Assembly: GCA_964588305.1 (NCBI GenBank)
Contig: CAZPOP010000017.1
Coordinates: forward strand, 230 to 64,229
From: an uncultured Ignavibacteria bacterium
GTDB lineage: Bacteria > Zixibacteria > MSB-5A5 > SM1-73
Reading direction: 5' to 3'
Length of the DNA stretch: 64,000 nucleotides
A program made the position numbers and the translations under genes. Below, in pieces: positions 36,444 through 46,604 of the stretch (positions are counted from its first letter, which is position 1; every line of letters starts with the position of its first letter). The notes beneath the pieces were generated by a model. The model made no database searches, was not told the DNA's origin, and worked only from the letters and a program-made list of their open reading frames with translations.

Positions 36444-37856
36444 TCAAACCTTCTTGGTCTTCCATTTCCCCTGCCTAAACCAAAAGGCTAGTGTGGTACC
36501 CTTGACAATGGTGGTCAGAGTGATTGCCCACCAGATGCCGTTCACTCCCACGCCCCAAAAGATGGCGATGAGATAAGCCAAGGGAACTCTGAGGACCGAG
36601 CCAGGAATGGAGATGGTCATGGGCGGGACGGTGTTTCCAGCACCGGAGAAAGAACCCTCCAACACAATCTCCAAGGCCATGAAGACTTGAGACAAAGCTA
36701 AGATTCTCAGGTAGTCGATGGCGATGTTTACCACTCTTGGATCGGAGATAAAGAACGAAGAGATCCAACGGGGGAAGAGAAGGAACATGATGGAGATGAA
36801 TCCGGTGATCAAGACCACGATCTGAACGGTTTTCCAGGCACATCTTTCGGCTCTCTCCGGCTTTCCTGCGCCCAGATTCTGCCCCACCAAAGCAGCGGCA
36901 GCCTGAGAGAACCCGAAACAGGTAAGAAAGGAGAGAGACTCCATACGATTGCCAATGCCCAAAGCGGCGATAGCCTCGGTGCCAAAAGTGGCGGTGACCT
37001 TGTTGAGAAGAATGTAGACCAAAATGAAGATTATTCCGGAGGCAGATAAGGGGAGTCCTATCTTCAAGATTTTTTTAACTACGGAGAGGTCCAGATTGAA
37101 TCTGGGAAAAAGAGAAAGTCCGAACCTCAGTCTGCCCCTCATGACAAGAAAGACATATATGCCTCCCGCCAACCCCTGAGAAAGAAAGGTCGCTAAAGCC
37201 GCGCCGTTTGTTTCCAACCGGGGGAAAGGTCCGATCCCGAAGATCAACAGGGGATCCAGTACCATGTGCAGGCCCAGGCCGATCAGGAGCACTTTCATGG
37301 GGGTCTTGGTGTCTCCGTATCCTCGAAAACAGGCACCGAAGGTCTCGACTAAGAATAGAAAGGTTGTGCCGGCGAAGACGATGCGCACAAAATCAACTCC
37401 CAGGCGGGTGACCTCCGGTTCCGTCCCCATCAGATGGAAGGCGTATCTTCCACCCACCAGGATCATGAAGACGGCCAGGATTAAGGAAGAGAGAATGGCA
37501 AAGAGATAGGCCTGCCGGGCCACGTATGCGGCTTTGGTCTCGTCTTTTGCTCCCACATATCGGGCCACCAGGGCTACCGTTCCCACAGAGATGACGTCGC
37601 TTAGAACATATATGAACCAGGTCAGGAAGGTGGCTGAGACCACCGCAGCCAGATGCACGGCCCCGAGTTTTCCGACCCAGAACATGTTGGCTATGCCCCG
37701 AGCGGTCTCCACAAACATTGAAATAACGACGGGCCAGGCCAGGCGAAAAATGGTTGAGGTGATGGGACCTTGGGTAAGATCAAGGACTCTCGAATTTCTT
37801 GATTCTGGCTGCATCATGGTCACCTTCTTTGCCCTGGGGACCTCTCTTTTTCGCAA
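36444..37856 (-). CDS. MATE family efflux transporter
   Basis: 12-TM profile. 'PVVISMFVETARGIANMFWVGKLGAVHLAAV' and a repeated MATE half-domain. Likely start at 'MMQPE' (37817). Confidence 0.85.
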   Translation of the reverse strand: MRKREVPRAKKVTMMQPESRNSRVLDLTQGPITSTIFRLAWPVVISMFVETARGIANMFWVGKLGAVHLAAVVSATFLTWFIYVLSDVISVGTVALVARYVGAKDETKAAYVARQAYLFAILSSLILAVFMILVGGRYAFHLMGTEPEVTRLGVDFVRIVFAGTTFLFLVETFGACFRGYGDTKTPMKVLLIGLGLHMVLDPLLIFGIGPFPRLETNGAALATFLSQGLAGGIYVFLVMRGRLRFGLSLFPRFNLDLSVVKKILKIGLPLSASGIIFILVYILLNKVTATFGTEAIAALGIGNRMESLSFLTCFGFSQAAAALVGQNLGAGKPERAERCAWKTVQIVVLITGFISIMFLLFPRWISSFFISDPRVVNIAIDYLRILALSQVFMALEIVLEGSFSGAGNTVPPMTISIPGSVLRVPLAYLIAIFWGVGVNGIWWAITLTTIVKGTTLAFWFRQGKWKTKKV

Positions 37857-37978
37857 CGGGCGTTTAAGTATGGTCGGCCCTGTGGGTGGAACTGTCAGCC
37901 CATGCGCAAAAGGAAAAGTAAGATAACCTTTCTGGCCTTACTTGGCAACACGACTTTGAAGAAACGGTGAGGTTAGGT

Positions 37979-38010
37979 CTAAAGCCCCAGAATTTGAAGC
38001 CGATTTAGAT
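37979..38010 (+). promoter_or_regulatory. Conserved 32-bp motif CTAAAGCCCCAGAATTTGAAGCCGATTTAGAT (copy 1), upstream of the TonB-receptor/kinase block
   Basis: 27 of 32 identical to 56637..56668. Contains the CTAAAG...CTTTAG-like inverted repeat. Confidence 0.4.
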
Positions 38011-38441
38011 ATACAAAGAGATATTGAAGTCCCCACGAAGTCCCCAATCAGTATTCTTTGTAAGATAAATCACTTTGTGTGAAATCAAAGATATTCTCGG
38101 CCAAACGTTGGCAAGACGCGCGTCCCCGCTTTGATCCCCGTCCCCTTCAAGCCTGCGGGCAGGTTTGAAATCAGAACAGATTCTCTTACAGGGAATTTGC
38201 TAACTTGCTAAGCTCCTCGACATTGATACCATCACAAACCGGGCGCCAGCAGGTGAACCGGATCTATGCAAAGAGAAAAGGGTGTTATCTATAATCTAAC
38301 GAAGGTATGTTATGAGATACATGTGCATGTCTCTTTGCTGTTTCACATGGGCGGCTGTTTCATCGGCATAGCTGAATTGTCCATGAAGAAGGAAATCGTC
38401 AAACGTCAAATTTCAGGAAACAACTAAAAAGGTGGGCGAAA

Positions 38442-40418
38442 ATGAAGAAAGGTCTTTTGGTTTTTGGAGTGTTAGGGATTTTGATCTTGGGAATCGGCTT
38501 TGAATTGAGAGCAGAATCTGGGGCAGAGACGGAAGTGGCGAATGAGGAACTGCTCTTTATGAATTTAGAAGTGATAACTGCTTCGAAATTCGTTGAAAAA
38601 TTGTCGGATGCCCCAGGAGTTATATCGGTAGTCACCAAGGACGAATTGGAACGGTTCGGTGGAACCACATTAAAGGACGTCCTAGAGCGTGTACCCAGTT
38701 TAATCGGCAGCACCGTGTATATGACTGATCGCAGTATGATTGCGGTTCGTGGAGACCAGTTCAAACATTCCGGGAATCATGTATTACTGTTGATCAACGG
38801 CCGTCCGGTACGCGAAGTATTAGAGGGTGGAATTAAAAGTGAAATCTATGAGTCATTCCCCGTCAATATCATAGAAAAGATAGAGGTTATCAGGGGACCA
38901 GGCTCCGTTTTATACGGCTCAGATGCCTTTTCAGGAGTGATCAATATTATCACGGAGAAAGCAGAAAAAAATGGCATCGCCATAACGGGATTAGTAGGTG
39001 AAGCAGGTGCATCCGGGACTATGGGAGAAGCAAAGTGCCGACTTGGTGATTTGAGCATTGTAGCTGCAGGACAATACTACGAGAAATCTGATTGGAAGAC
39101 CATATATGATTATGTGGACTTTATCACAGATACTGTTGTTGGCCATAAAGTGGATATCCCAAACAAAGGACCGGGAGCCTATCTCGAAGTGAACTACAAG
39201 AATTTGAGACTCATGTCTACTTATAACCAATGGGAGAACTATTTCTTCCTTCCAGATTACATGGCGTATTTTCAGGCTTTGGGGTATGCTTATTGGAAAA
39301 AGGGCTTTGCGGATTTGGGATACGGTCTGCGGGTAAACGAGAAATGGAATATGGACTTCCATCTCACCTATACACGCTCAACATTTGAGGTCTCCTCATG
39401 GCCCGACATAGAGAGGGATTCCTATGAACTCGTTGCTGAATGGACTAACTTTTTCAATCCAACAGATAAGTTCCGGATGGTTCTTGGAGGATTGTGTGAC
39501 TATATCAAAGGCAAGGAGCTTATGAAGATTCCTGGTGGGCAGATGCCCATAAATGATGACGACCGAACCAGTTTTGGATTCTATACACAGGCGGATTATT
39601 GGTTTCAACAGAATACGAAGTTAATCGGTGGTTTCCAAGTTAATAAAGTTGGGAATATTGACTTGGATATCGTTCCCAGAGCAGGTCTCATCTGGTATCC
39701 GGTCTCCCGGATCAATGTTAAAGCTCTTTACAGTCAAGCATTTCGAGCACCGACTATCAATGAAATCGGATTGAAACACCCGGCCATGCAAGGAAATCCA
39801 AATGTTACGTCTGAAAAGGTAAATACCATCGATGTTGGGGTCAATTATCATGGAGAACAAATCCAGGGTGGGGTGAATTATTTCTTTAGTAGGCAGACCA
39901 AAGTCATCTTTCAGGATCGATCTGGTAAATATGCACTTCCCACCTATGACAATATTGGTGAAATCGATCTTCGGGGCATCGAGTTCGAAGGGAAATATTA
40001 CCTCAACAAAAGCCTCTTGCTCATGGCTTCAATGCTCTATCAGACCAATAGAGATAAGGAGGGAAACGAAAATGTGACCCCAACCGCAAATTTTGGGGCA
40101 AAAGCGGGCATAAGCTATAAATCAGAAAAGGGAGTGACGCTGAGTCTGTTTGATGTATACCAGGGGGATCTGGACAAAAAGTATGATACACAAGTAAACC
40201 CATCTTCCGGGGCATATAATCTAATGAACCTTCATTGTCGATTCAACGTGAATGAATTCTTTGATTTCAAACTCAGCCAAGACCTATCTCTGCTATTACA
40301 GGTGGATAATCTTCTTGATAAAGAGATCTGGCTCCCCAATTGGGGCTTAATTATCGGCAACTCGATTCCTGTAAATCAAGGTAGGACCATGTACTTTGGT
40401 GTGGAGGTATCCTTATGA
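38442..40418 (+). CDS. TonB-dependent outer-membrane receptor
   Basis: Signal peptide and plug domain ('VITASKFVEKLSDAPGVISVVTKDELERFGGTTLKDVL', 'IEVIRGPGSVLYGSDAFSGVINIIT'), followed by a long beta-barrel. Confidence 0.8.
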   Translation: MKKGLLVFGVLGILILGIGFELRAESGAETEVANEELLFMNLEVITASKFVEKLSDAPGVISVVTKDELERFGGTTLKDVLERVPSLIGSTVYMTDRSMIAVRGDQFKHSGNHVLLLINGRPVREVLEGGIKSEIYESFPVNIIEKIEVIRGPGSVLYGSDAFSGVINIITEKAEKNGIAITGLVGEAGASGTMGEAKCRLGDLSIVAAGQYYEKSDWKTIYDYVDFITDTVVGHKVDIPNKGPGAYLEVNYKNLRLMSTYNQWENYFFLPDYMAYFQALGYAYWKKGFADLGYGLRVNEKWNMDFHLTYTRSTFEVSSWPDIERDSYELVAEWTNFFNPTDKFRMVLGGLCDYIKGKELMKIPGGQMPINDDDRTSFGFYTQADYWFQQNTKLIGGFQVNKVGNIDLDIVPRAGLIWYPVSRINVKALYSQAFRAPTINEIGLKHPAMQGNPNVTSEKVNTIDVGVNYHGEQIQGGVNYFFSRQTKVIFQDRSGKYALPTYDNIGEIDLRGIEFEGKYYLNKSLLLMASMLYQTNRDKEGNENVTPTANFGAKAGISYKSEKGVTLSLFDVYQGDLDKKYDTQVNPSSGAYNLMNLHCRFNVNEFFDFKLSQDLSLLLQVDNLLDKEIWLPNWGLIIGNSIPVNQGRTMYFGVEVSL

Positions 40419-40546
40419 TTTGGAATGGCAATTCGCTCTATCGGGGAGATTCATCTATATCTATGTATTCCAGAAGTTGATTGTGAATTAGAGCTTTGTT
40501 GCTTTGCATTAAGCAGCTGTGGGACAGTCTCTTAGAGGAGGGAATA

Positions 40547-42433
40547 ATGAAGAAGAGTCTATTGGTTTTGGCAATTTTGGGGATGTTGATTGTAGGAATT
40601 GGTGTTGATGCTCTGGCTCAGGAAGAAAGAACAGAAGAGGAACTTCTTTTCATGGAGATTCCACAAGTGTTTGCATCCAGCAAGAGGCTACAACCCATTA
40701 CTGAAGCAGCATCAAGCATGGAAATTATTACTGCTGAAGATATTAAACAATCAGGAGCCACCAATGTTGCAGATGTCTTGAGATCGGTTGCCGGAGTGGA
40801 TGTCAGGGAGTCCGATGTAGCTCAACATGTCATCGGAGTTCGGGGCTTCTGTGATACCGGACATCTTCTTGTTACGCTGGATGGTAATAACGTCTTTATG
40901 TATCATGCAAACCATATATTTCTTGACTGGGCACCAGTTGATCTGGAGGAAATTGACCATATTGAGATTATTAAGGGTCCAGGGGCAATATTCTATGGAG
41001 GTAATGCCTTCAGTGGTGTCATCAATATTATTACCAAGACTCCCCAACAGTTAAAAGGAACGCAAGTAAACATGGTCGGTGGTAATTGGGGTACATTGCG
41101 GGGTAACATTTTTTACGCTGGAAGTCATAAGAGTTTGGATTATAGCATTTCTGGCGGTTATCGCCGGGCTGAAGAATGGGAAAAGCCGAAACTGAGGGGC
41201 ATAGAAGGAGAGAATTTTAGAGTCGGCTATTTTTCCGGAAAGGCTATTTATAACCTGGACGAAAAATCCTCACTCTCCTTAATGGCTCGATATTCAGATG
41301 CGAAGAATGTTATATCCACTGTATGTAACCCTAAAACCACCTTTATTGCACTACGCTATGACCAACCCGATTTCTGGGTTCGTCTTTTCTATAACAACCA
41401 CGAGAAAACTTTCTGGGATCATACATATTCGGTAAAGGATGCCAACTATGAGTTTGAATTCTTTCGTGCTTTGAGATGGGGGAAGAATATCACCTCTTTC
41501 GGGGGGTTTGTAAAACACACTGCTTGGGAAGTAGAAACACTTGAGGAGCCTTTCGCGACGGGACCGGAAATCGGGAGCATCGAAACACACGACGTAAAAG
41601 ACGGTGCGCTAAACATAGAAAATGAGTACCATTTCAAGGACCAACTCATTCTTACTCTGGGCGCCCGGGGTGAGCATTATACGCATTTGGATTATATCGG
41701 TCTTGGGCGTGGCAGTATTATCTATAAGCCTGTGGAGAACCAAAGTCTCCGTTTCACGGTTGCCAGTGGCTATTACATCCCCTCTCTTTTCCAGCATACC
41801 AATGAGGGCACGGCATATCCTTTTGCGAAGGGTAATTATTCTCTGAAGGAAGAGAAGATCCTCTCCTATGAATTGAGCTATTACACCCAGCTGGCTGACA
41901 GGGTCAAACTAAAAACTGCCGTTTTCTATAATGATTACCGAGACTTAATTGACAATACACAAACTGGTCCTACCCAGAATGTAGCCGACGCCTATCAAAA
42001 AGGAGGAGAACTGGATTTTGATTTTATTCTGGCCGGTCAATTAACTGGATTTGTCAATTACGCCTATCAAACTATCCACAGGACCGATTATGGCGATCTG
42101 GAAGTGGACCCAGAGAACAAATTCAATCTTGGCTTAAAAGCTAAGCTCGCTAAATGGTCAGCAAACACCACTTTTCACTATGTGGATGAGTATTATGAGA
42201 TTTATCTGACATCCAATCCGGTCTTCGGTTGTGTGGAATCTGGCCCATCAAAGGTAGAATCTTACACTACTGTCGATGCTCGCATCGCCTATAGCCCTAC
42301 AGATAATCTTGAGTTATCTGTTGCTGCCTACAACTTGTTCAGGGATAAACATCGTGAATCGAATGAGGCCGGTTGGCATACAGGAGATCTGATTGATCGC
42401 AGGATCACCGCAAGCTTAGGCCTCAGATTCTAA
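40547..42433 (+). CDS. TonB-dependent outer-membrane receptor
   Basis: Start at 'MKKSLLVLAILGML'. Plug motifs 'IEIIKGPGAIFYGGNAFSGVINIITK'. C-terminal aromatic residue ('...SLGLRF'). Confidence 0.8.
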   Translation: MKKSLLVLAILGMLIVGIGVDALAQEERTEEELLFMEIPQVFASSKRLQPITEAASSMEIITAEDIKQSGATNVADVLRSVAGVDVRESDVAQHVIGVRGFCDTGHLLVTLDGNNVFMYHANHIFLDWAPVDLEEIDHIEIIKGPGAIFYGGNAFSGVINIITKTPQQLKGTQVNMVGGNWGTLRGNIFYAGSHKSLDYSISGGYRRAEEWEKPKLRGIEGENFRVGYFSGKAIYNLDEKSSLSLMARYSDAKNVISTVCNPKTTFIALRYDQPDFWVRLFYNNHEKTFWDHTYSVKDANYEFEFFRALRWGKNITSFGGFVKHTAWEVETLEEPFATGPEIGSIETHDVKDGALNIENEYHFKDQLILTLGARGEHYTHLDYIGLGRGSIIYKPVENQSLRFTVASGYYIPSLFQHTNEGTAYPFAKGNYSLKEEKILSYELSYYTQLADRVKLKTAVFYNDYRDLIDNTQTGPTQNVADAYQKGGELDFDFILAGQLTGFVNYAYQTIHRTDYGDLEVDPENKFNLGLKAKLAKWSANTTFHYVDEYYEIYLTSNPVFGCVESGPSKVESYTTVDARIAYSPTDNLELSVAAYNLFRDKHRESNEAGWHTGDLIDRRITASLGLRF

Positions 42434-42465
42434 GTAATGTCGTGTGCATAAATCTTGGTGTTGAA

Positions 42466-43386
42466 ATGAGAAAAGCTCTTCTCTTATTGATAATTCTTTG
42501 CTTGCTGTTTCCTAACGTCTGGTGTTCTGCGGCAGAGCGAGTAGTAGTTTCAGTTGTTTTCTCGTCTGATATTGAAGCTTACCAACAAGCGTGGAGTGGA
42601 TTTGAGGAATTTCTTGGTGAGAGAAAAGTGTCTTTATCGGTTTCTGAGTACAACTTAAAGGAAGAGGAGCCCGCAGAAGTTTACTCACGAATAAATAAAG
42701 AGAAACCGGATATAGTTGTTACTCTGGGCACAAAGGCATCAAAATTGGCAAAGGAGAAGATAAAGGAGATTCCGGTGGTATTTTGCATGATTTTCAATCC
42801 CAAGAAAATGGTCGGCTCAAATATTACCGGGGTATCGATGGAAATACCGGCCGAGATACAAATTAAGGGAATCAAAGAGATACTTCCTGATGCAAAAAGC
42901 ATCGGGTTGATATATTCGCCCGGATCAAGAGCAGACTATGAGGCAATATCTTGGGTGTACGGACAAAAGGGCTTCAAACTTATCACCAGAAAGGTCGACT
43001 CAGAAGAAGAGCTTTCTGGCGCGCTAAAGGATATTTCCAGTCAGATAGACTGTTTCCTGATGATTCCCGATTCCAAGATATATTCACCCATATCGGTAAA
43101 ACACCTGTTGATTCAAAGCTTGAGGGAAGAATTTCCGGTTATCGGTCTGTCTTCACTTTACACCAAAGCAGGGGCACTGTTTTCTTTTGACTGCCATTAC
43201 GAGGATTTAGGCCGACAAGCAGCAGGAATCACCCTGAGAATACTTAACAGCGAAAAGCCTGGCGACATAGCTCCCTTGATGCCGAAAAAGGCAAAACTTT
43301 CTTTGAATTTGGCTACAGCTGAAAGATTGAGAATAAGAATTCCTTCTCAAATACTAAAAGAAGCGAAGGAGGTCTTCGGCGAATGA
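42466..43386 (+). CDS. COG2984/ABC_sub_bind-family periplasmic substrate-binding protein
   Basis: 'IPVVFCMIFNP', 'NITGVSMEIP', 'IGLIYSPG', 'KPGDIAPLMP', 'LSLNLATAERLRIRIP' match the PF04392-like pattern. Stop codon overlaps the start of the downstream hybrid kinase (ATGA). Confidence 0.7.
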   Translation: MRKALLLLIILCLLFPNVWCSAAERVVVSVVFSSDIEAYQQAWSGFEEFLGERKVSLSVSEYNLKEEEPAEVYSRINKEKPDIVVTLGTKASKLAKEKIKEIPVVFCMIFNPKKMVGSNITGVSMEIPAEIQIKGIKEILPDAKSIGLIYSPGSRADYEAISWVYGQKGFKLITRKVDSEEELSGALKDISSQIDCFLMIPDSKIYSPISVKHLLIQSLREEFPVIGLSSLYTKAGALFSFDCHYEDLGRQAAGITLRILNSEKPGDIAPLMPKKAKLSLNLATAERLRIRIPSQILKEAKEVFGE

Positions 43387-46300
43387 GAGTTGGCATAGCC
43401 AGAAAGGTTAGTCTACTGTGCGTCGGCGCAATTCTTTTCTTGGGTTCACTCATTGGGTATTATCAAGTCCGACATGAAATCGATGGTTTGAATTCTGAAT
43501 TAGAAGAACGAGCAGCTATCCTTCTGAATAGTCTAAATGCCAGCAGTGAATATCCCATTCTAATCAGAGACCGCGAGGCAATTTCCCGATTGGTAAAAGG
43601 AATACTGACTCAGAAAGACGTGGCTTTTTGCAGAATCGAGGATATGGATGGAATTCTTCTTTTTGAAGAAGGAACAAAAAAAGAGAATGATACCAGGGAA
43701 TTTAGCCTTGTAGTTGTTACAAAGAAACTTGGAGGTGGGGGAGACGAGGTGATGATTTTAGGTGCTCCGCCAGAAGTAGAAGAAGAGATTGGAAGAATAC
43801 ACTTAACCATCTCCCTTTCAGGACTCAATCAGAAGGTAAAAAACATACAGAAAACTATACTAGCGTTTGTGGTCGTTACCATCATTCTGGTCTCTTTGGC
43901 CACCTCTTTCTTACTCAAATTCATTTTGAGTGGTCCAATTACCTCGTTGCTTAGGGGCACGGAAAGGATTGCCGCAGGAGACCTAGACTATGCAGTCCCC
44001 GTAAAGAGCGGCGATGAAATTGGAATGCTGGCTGCCTCTTTCAACAAAATGACGAAAGACTTGCAGAAAACAACAGTCTCCCGGGATTATGTAGATAATG
44101 TCCTTCGCTCTATGAGCGACACCCTCATCGTCATTTCGCCGACTGGTTACATTCAGAGTGTAAACTCTGCTGTCTGCAATCTTTTGGGATATGAAGAAGA
44201 AGAACTTATCGGTCAACCGATTGGAAAAATCTTTGAGGAAACAGAAAATTCAATAGTTGATGATTTAATAAAGGAAAGTCACGTCAGCCATGTCGAAAAA
44301 ACCTACCTGTCCAAGGATGACAAAAGAATACCTGTATATTTTTCAGCTTCAGTGATGCGTGGTGATGACAATCGGATTCGGGGGATCGTATGTGCGGCAC
44401 AGGACATCACCGAACTCAAGAGGACTGAGAATGCCTTAAGCGAGAGTGAGAGGTTTCTTCAAAGTGTTTTTGACGGCATTCAGGATGGGATCAGTGTTCT
44501 CGATGAAGAATTTAATATCATTCGGGTAAATGCTTGGATAGAGAAGACATATTCTCCTGGTAAACCTCTGATTGGTGAAAAATGTTATGGGGCTTACCAG
44601 AAAAGGAAGTCCGTATGTCCCTGGTGTCCCTCAGTCAAAACTCTGGAGACTGGCAAAGCACACTCTGAAGTTGTTCCTTTTCCATCAGAAAATGATCCCA
44701 AAGGGTGGATTGCACTTTCCTCTTATCCTTTGAAGGATCATAACGGAAATATCGTAGGAATCATTGAATATGCCAAAGATGTCACCGAGCTCAAGCGGGC
44801 AGAGAGGGCGCTGGTTGAGGCAAAGGAGCAGGCTGAAGAGGCTAACCGGCTGAAGAGCGAATTTCTGGCGAACATGAGTCACGAGATTCGCACTCCCATG
44901 AACGCCATCATCGGCATGACCGGCATAACCCTGGACACAGACCCAACCGATGAACAACGGGAATACCTGAATATAGTTAAGGAAAGTGGCTATGCACTTT
45001 TGGGGCTCATAGACGATATCCTGGACCTTTCAAAAATAGAGGCAGGTCGACTTGAACTTGACACCATCGATTTTGACCTACGCACGACGATTGAGGGAGT
45101 GGCAGATACCTTAGCCCACCGCGCCTCCGCCAAGGGACTGGAATTAGCTTGTATGATTCCCTATGAGGTTCCCGCACTTCTGCGGGGTGACCCTAGCAGG
45201 TTGCGGCAAATCTTGATGAATCTGGGCGGAAATGCGGTTAAGTTCACTGAAAGAGGAGAGGTGGTAATCCGGGCAGAGCTCTCGGAAGAAACCGAAGATC
45301 AAACGAAACTTCTTTTTTCCGTTACCGACACCGGAATAGGTATTCCCGAGGATAAGCAGAACAAAGTTTTCGAAAGCTTCACCCAGGCGGATGGTTCCCA
45401 CACCCGCAAATATGGAGGCACGGGCTTAGGTTTATCCATCTCCAAGCAATTGGTGGAGTTGATGGGTGGCAAAATTGGTGTGGAGAGTCAACCGGGCAAG
45501 GGGAGTCGTTTCTGGTTTGCTTTTACTTTTGAGAAGCAGAAGGGATTCAAACTGAGTTTGCCGTTGCTTCCTCCTGATATACGAGCGATACACACGCTAG
45601 TGGTAGATGATAGCCAAACCAACCGAACCATTTCAGTCAAAATGCTGGAATCCTTTGGATCTTCTGCGGAAGCCGTGGATAGCGGAAGCAAAGCACTTCA
45701 GCTATTGAAAAAAGCAGCTTTTAGGGGAAAACCATTTGACTTGGTTTTGCTGGATATGAGCATGCCGGAGATGGATGGGGAGACGACCTTACGCGCTATC
45801 AAGGCTGATCCTGGAACAAAAGAGGTGGCAGTGATTATCCTTACCTCCGTGGGGATGCGTGGAGATGCGGCTCGGCTGGAGGCGGCAGGCTGTGCCGGAT
45901 ATCTTTTGAAACCTATCAAACAATCGGATTTGTTTGATGGCATCATTGCCGTCGTGAGCCGGCAGAAGACAGGGGTAAAAGAGAAGCCCGACACCATAGT
46001 TACCCGTCATACCGTAGCCGAGGAGAAACGGCGGAGATTTCGCATACTTTTAGCAGAGGACAATCCCACGAACCAGAAATTAGCGGTGACCTTGCTCAAG
46101 AAAGCAGGCTATTCCGTGGATGCAGTGGAAGATGGACGAATGGCAACAGAAGCTCTAAAACGTATAGATTACGAGCTGATCTTGATGGATGTCCAGATGC
46201 CTGAAATGGACGGTTTTGAAGCCACACAGGCAATCCGTAAATGGGAAGGTGATACAAAGCATACGCCTATTATTGCCATGACCGCCCACGCCATGAAAGG

Positions 46301-46490
46301 AGATCAGGAGAGGTGTTTGCAGGCGGGCATGGATGATTACATCTCCAAGCCCATAGAACCCCAAGAGTTGTTCGAGATCATAGAAAAGTGGACCAGATCT
46401 AATGACGGCAGGAAAGCATTCTCAGGCGGACGTAAGTCTGAAAAAAGCGGGCACATGGCAGTAAGAGACAGCTCTCAAATGAACTTCTAG
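43383..46490 (+). CDS. Hybrid sensor histidine kinase (periplasmic sensor-HAMP-PAS x2/3-HisKA-HATPase-REC-REC)
   Basis: HAMP 'IAAGDLDYAVPVKSGDEIGMLAASFNKMTKDLQ'. HisKA '[20 protein letters not shown]'. HATPase '[18 protein letters not shown]'. Two receivers: 'LVVDDSQTN...DLVLLDMSMPEMDG' and '[11 protein letters not shown]...[14 protein letters not shown]'. Confidence 0.9.
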   Translation: MRVGIARKVSLLCVGAILFLGSLIGYYQVRHEIDGLNSELEERAAILLNSLNASSEYPILIRDREAISRLVKGILTQKDVAFCRIEDMDGILLFEEGTKKENDTREFSLVVVTKKLGGGGDEVMILGAPPEVEEEIGRIHLTISLSGLNQKVKNIQKTILAFVVVTIILVSLATSFLLKFILSGPITSLLRGTERIAAGDLDYAVPVKSGDEIGMLAASFNKMTKDLQKTTVSRDYVDNVLRSMSDTLIVISPTGYIQSVNSAVCNLLGYEEEELIGQPIGKIFEETENSIVDDLIKESHVSHVEKTYLSKDDKRIPVYFSASVMRGDDNRIRGIVCAAQDITELKRTENALSESERFLQSVFDGIQDGISVLDEEFNIIRVNAWIEKTYSPGKPLIGEKCYGAYQKRKSVCPWCPSVKTLETGKAHSEVVPFPSENDPKGWIALSSYPLKDHNGNIVGIIEYAKDVTELKRAERALVEAKEQAEEANRLKSEFLANMSHEIRTPMNAIIGMTGITLDTDPTDEQREYLNIVKESGYALLGLIDDILDLSKIEAGRLELDTIDFDLRTTIEGVADTLAHRASAKGLELACMIPYEVPALLRGDPSRLRQILMNLGGNAVKFTERGEVVIRAELSEETEDQTKLLFSVTDTGIGIPEDKQNKVFESFTQADGSHTRKYGGTGLGLSISKQLVELMGGKIGVESQPGKGSRFWFAFTFEKQKGFKLSLPLLPPDIRAIHTLVVDDSQTNRTISVKMLESFGSSAEAVDSGSKALQLLKKAAFRGKPFDLVLLDMSMPEMDGETTLRAIKADPGTKEVAVIILTSVGMRGDAARLEAAGCAGYLLKPIKQSDLFDGIIAVVSRQKTGVKEKPDTIVTRHTVAEEKRRRFRILLAEDNPTNQKLAVTLLKKAGYSVDAVEDGRMATEALKRIDYELILMDVQMPEMDGFEATQAIRKWEGDTKHTPIIAMTAHAMKGDQERCLQAGMDDYISKPIEPQELFEIIEKWTRSNDGRKAFSGGRKSEKSGHMAVRDSSQMNF

Positions 46491-46604
46491 GAATGTGACG
46501 GTGGACAGCTCAAATAAGAGCATCAGAACCCCAGCGTAGGCTGGCAAACTGAACCCGTCCAAAATGGACAATTACGTCATCCATTATCCAAGCGGGGGTG
46601 TATT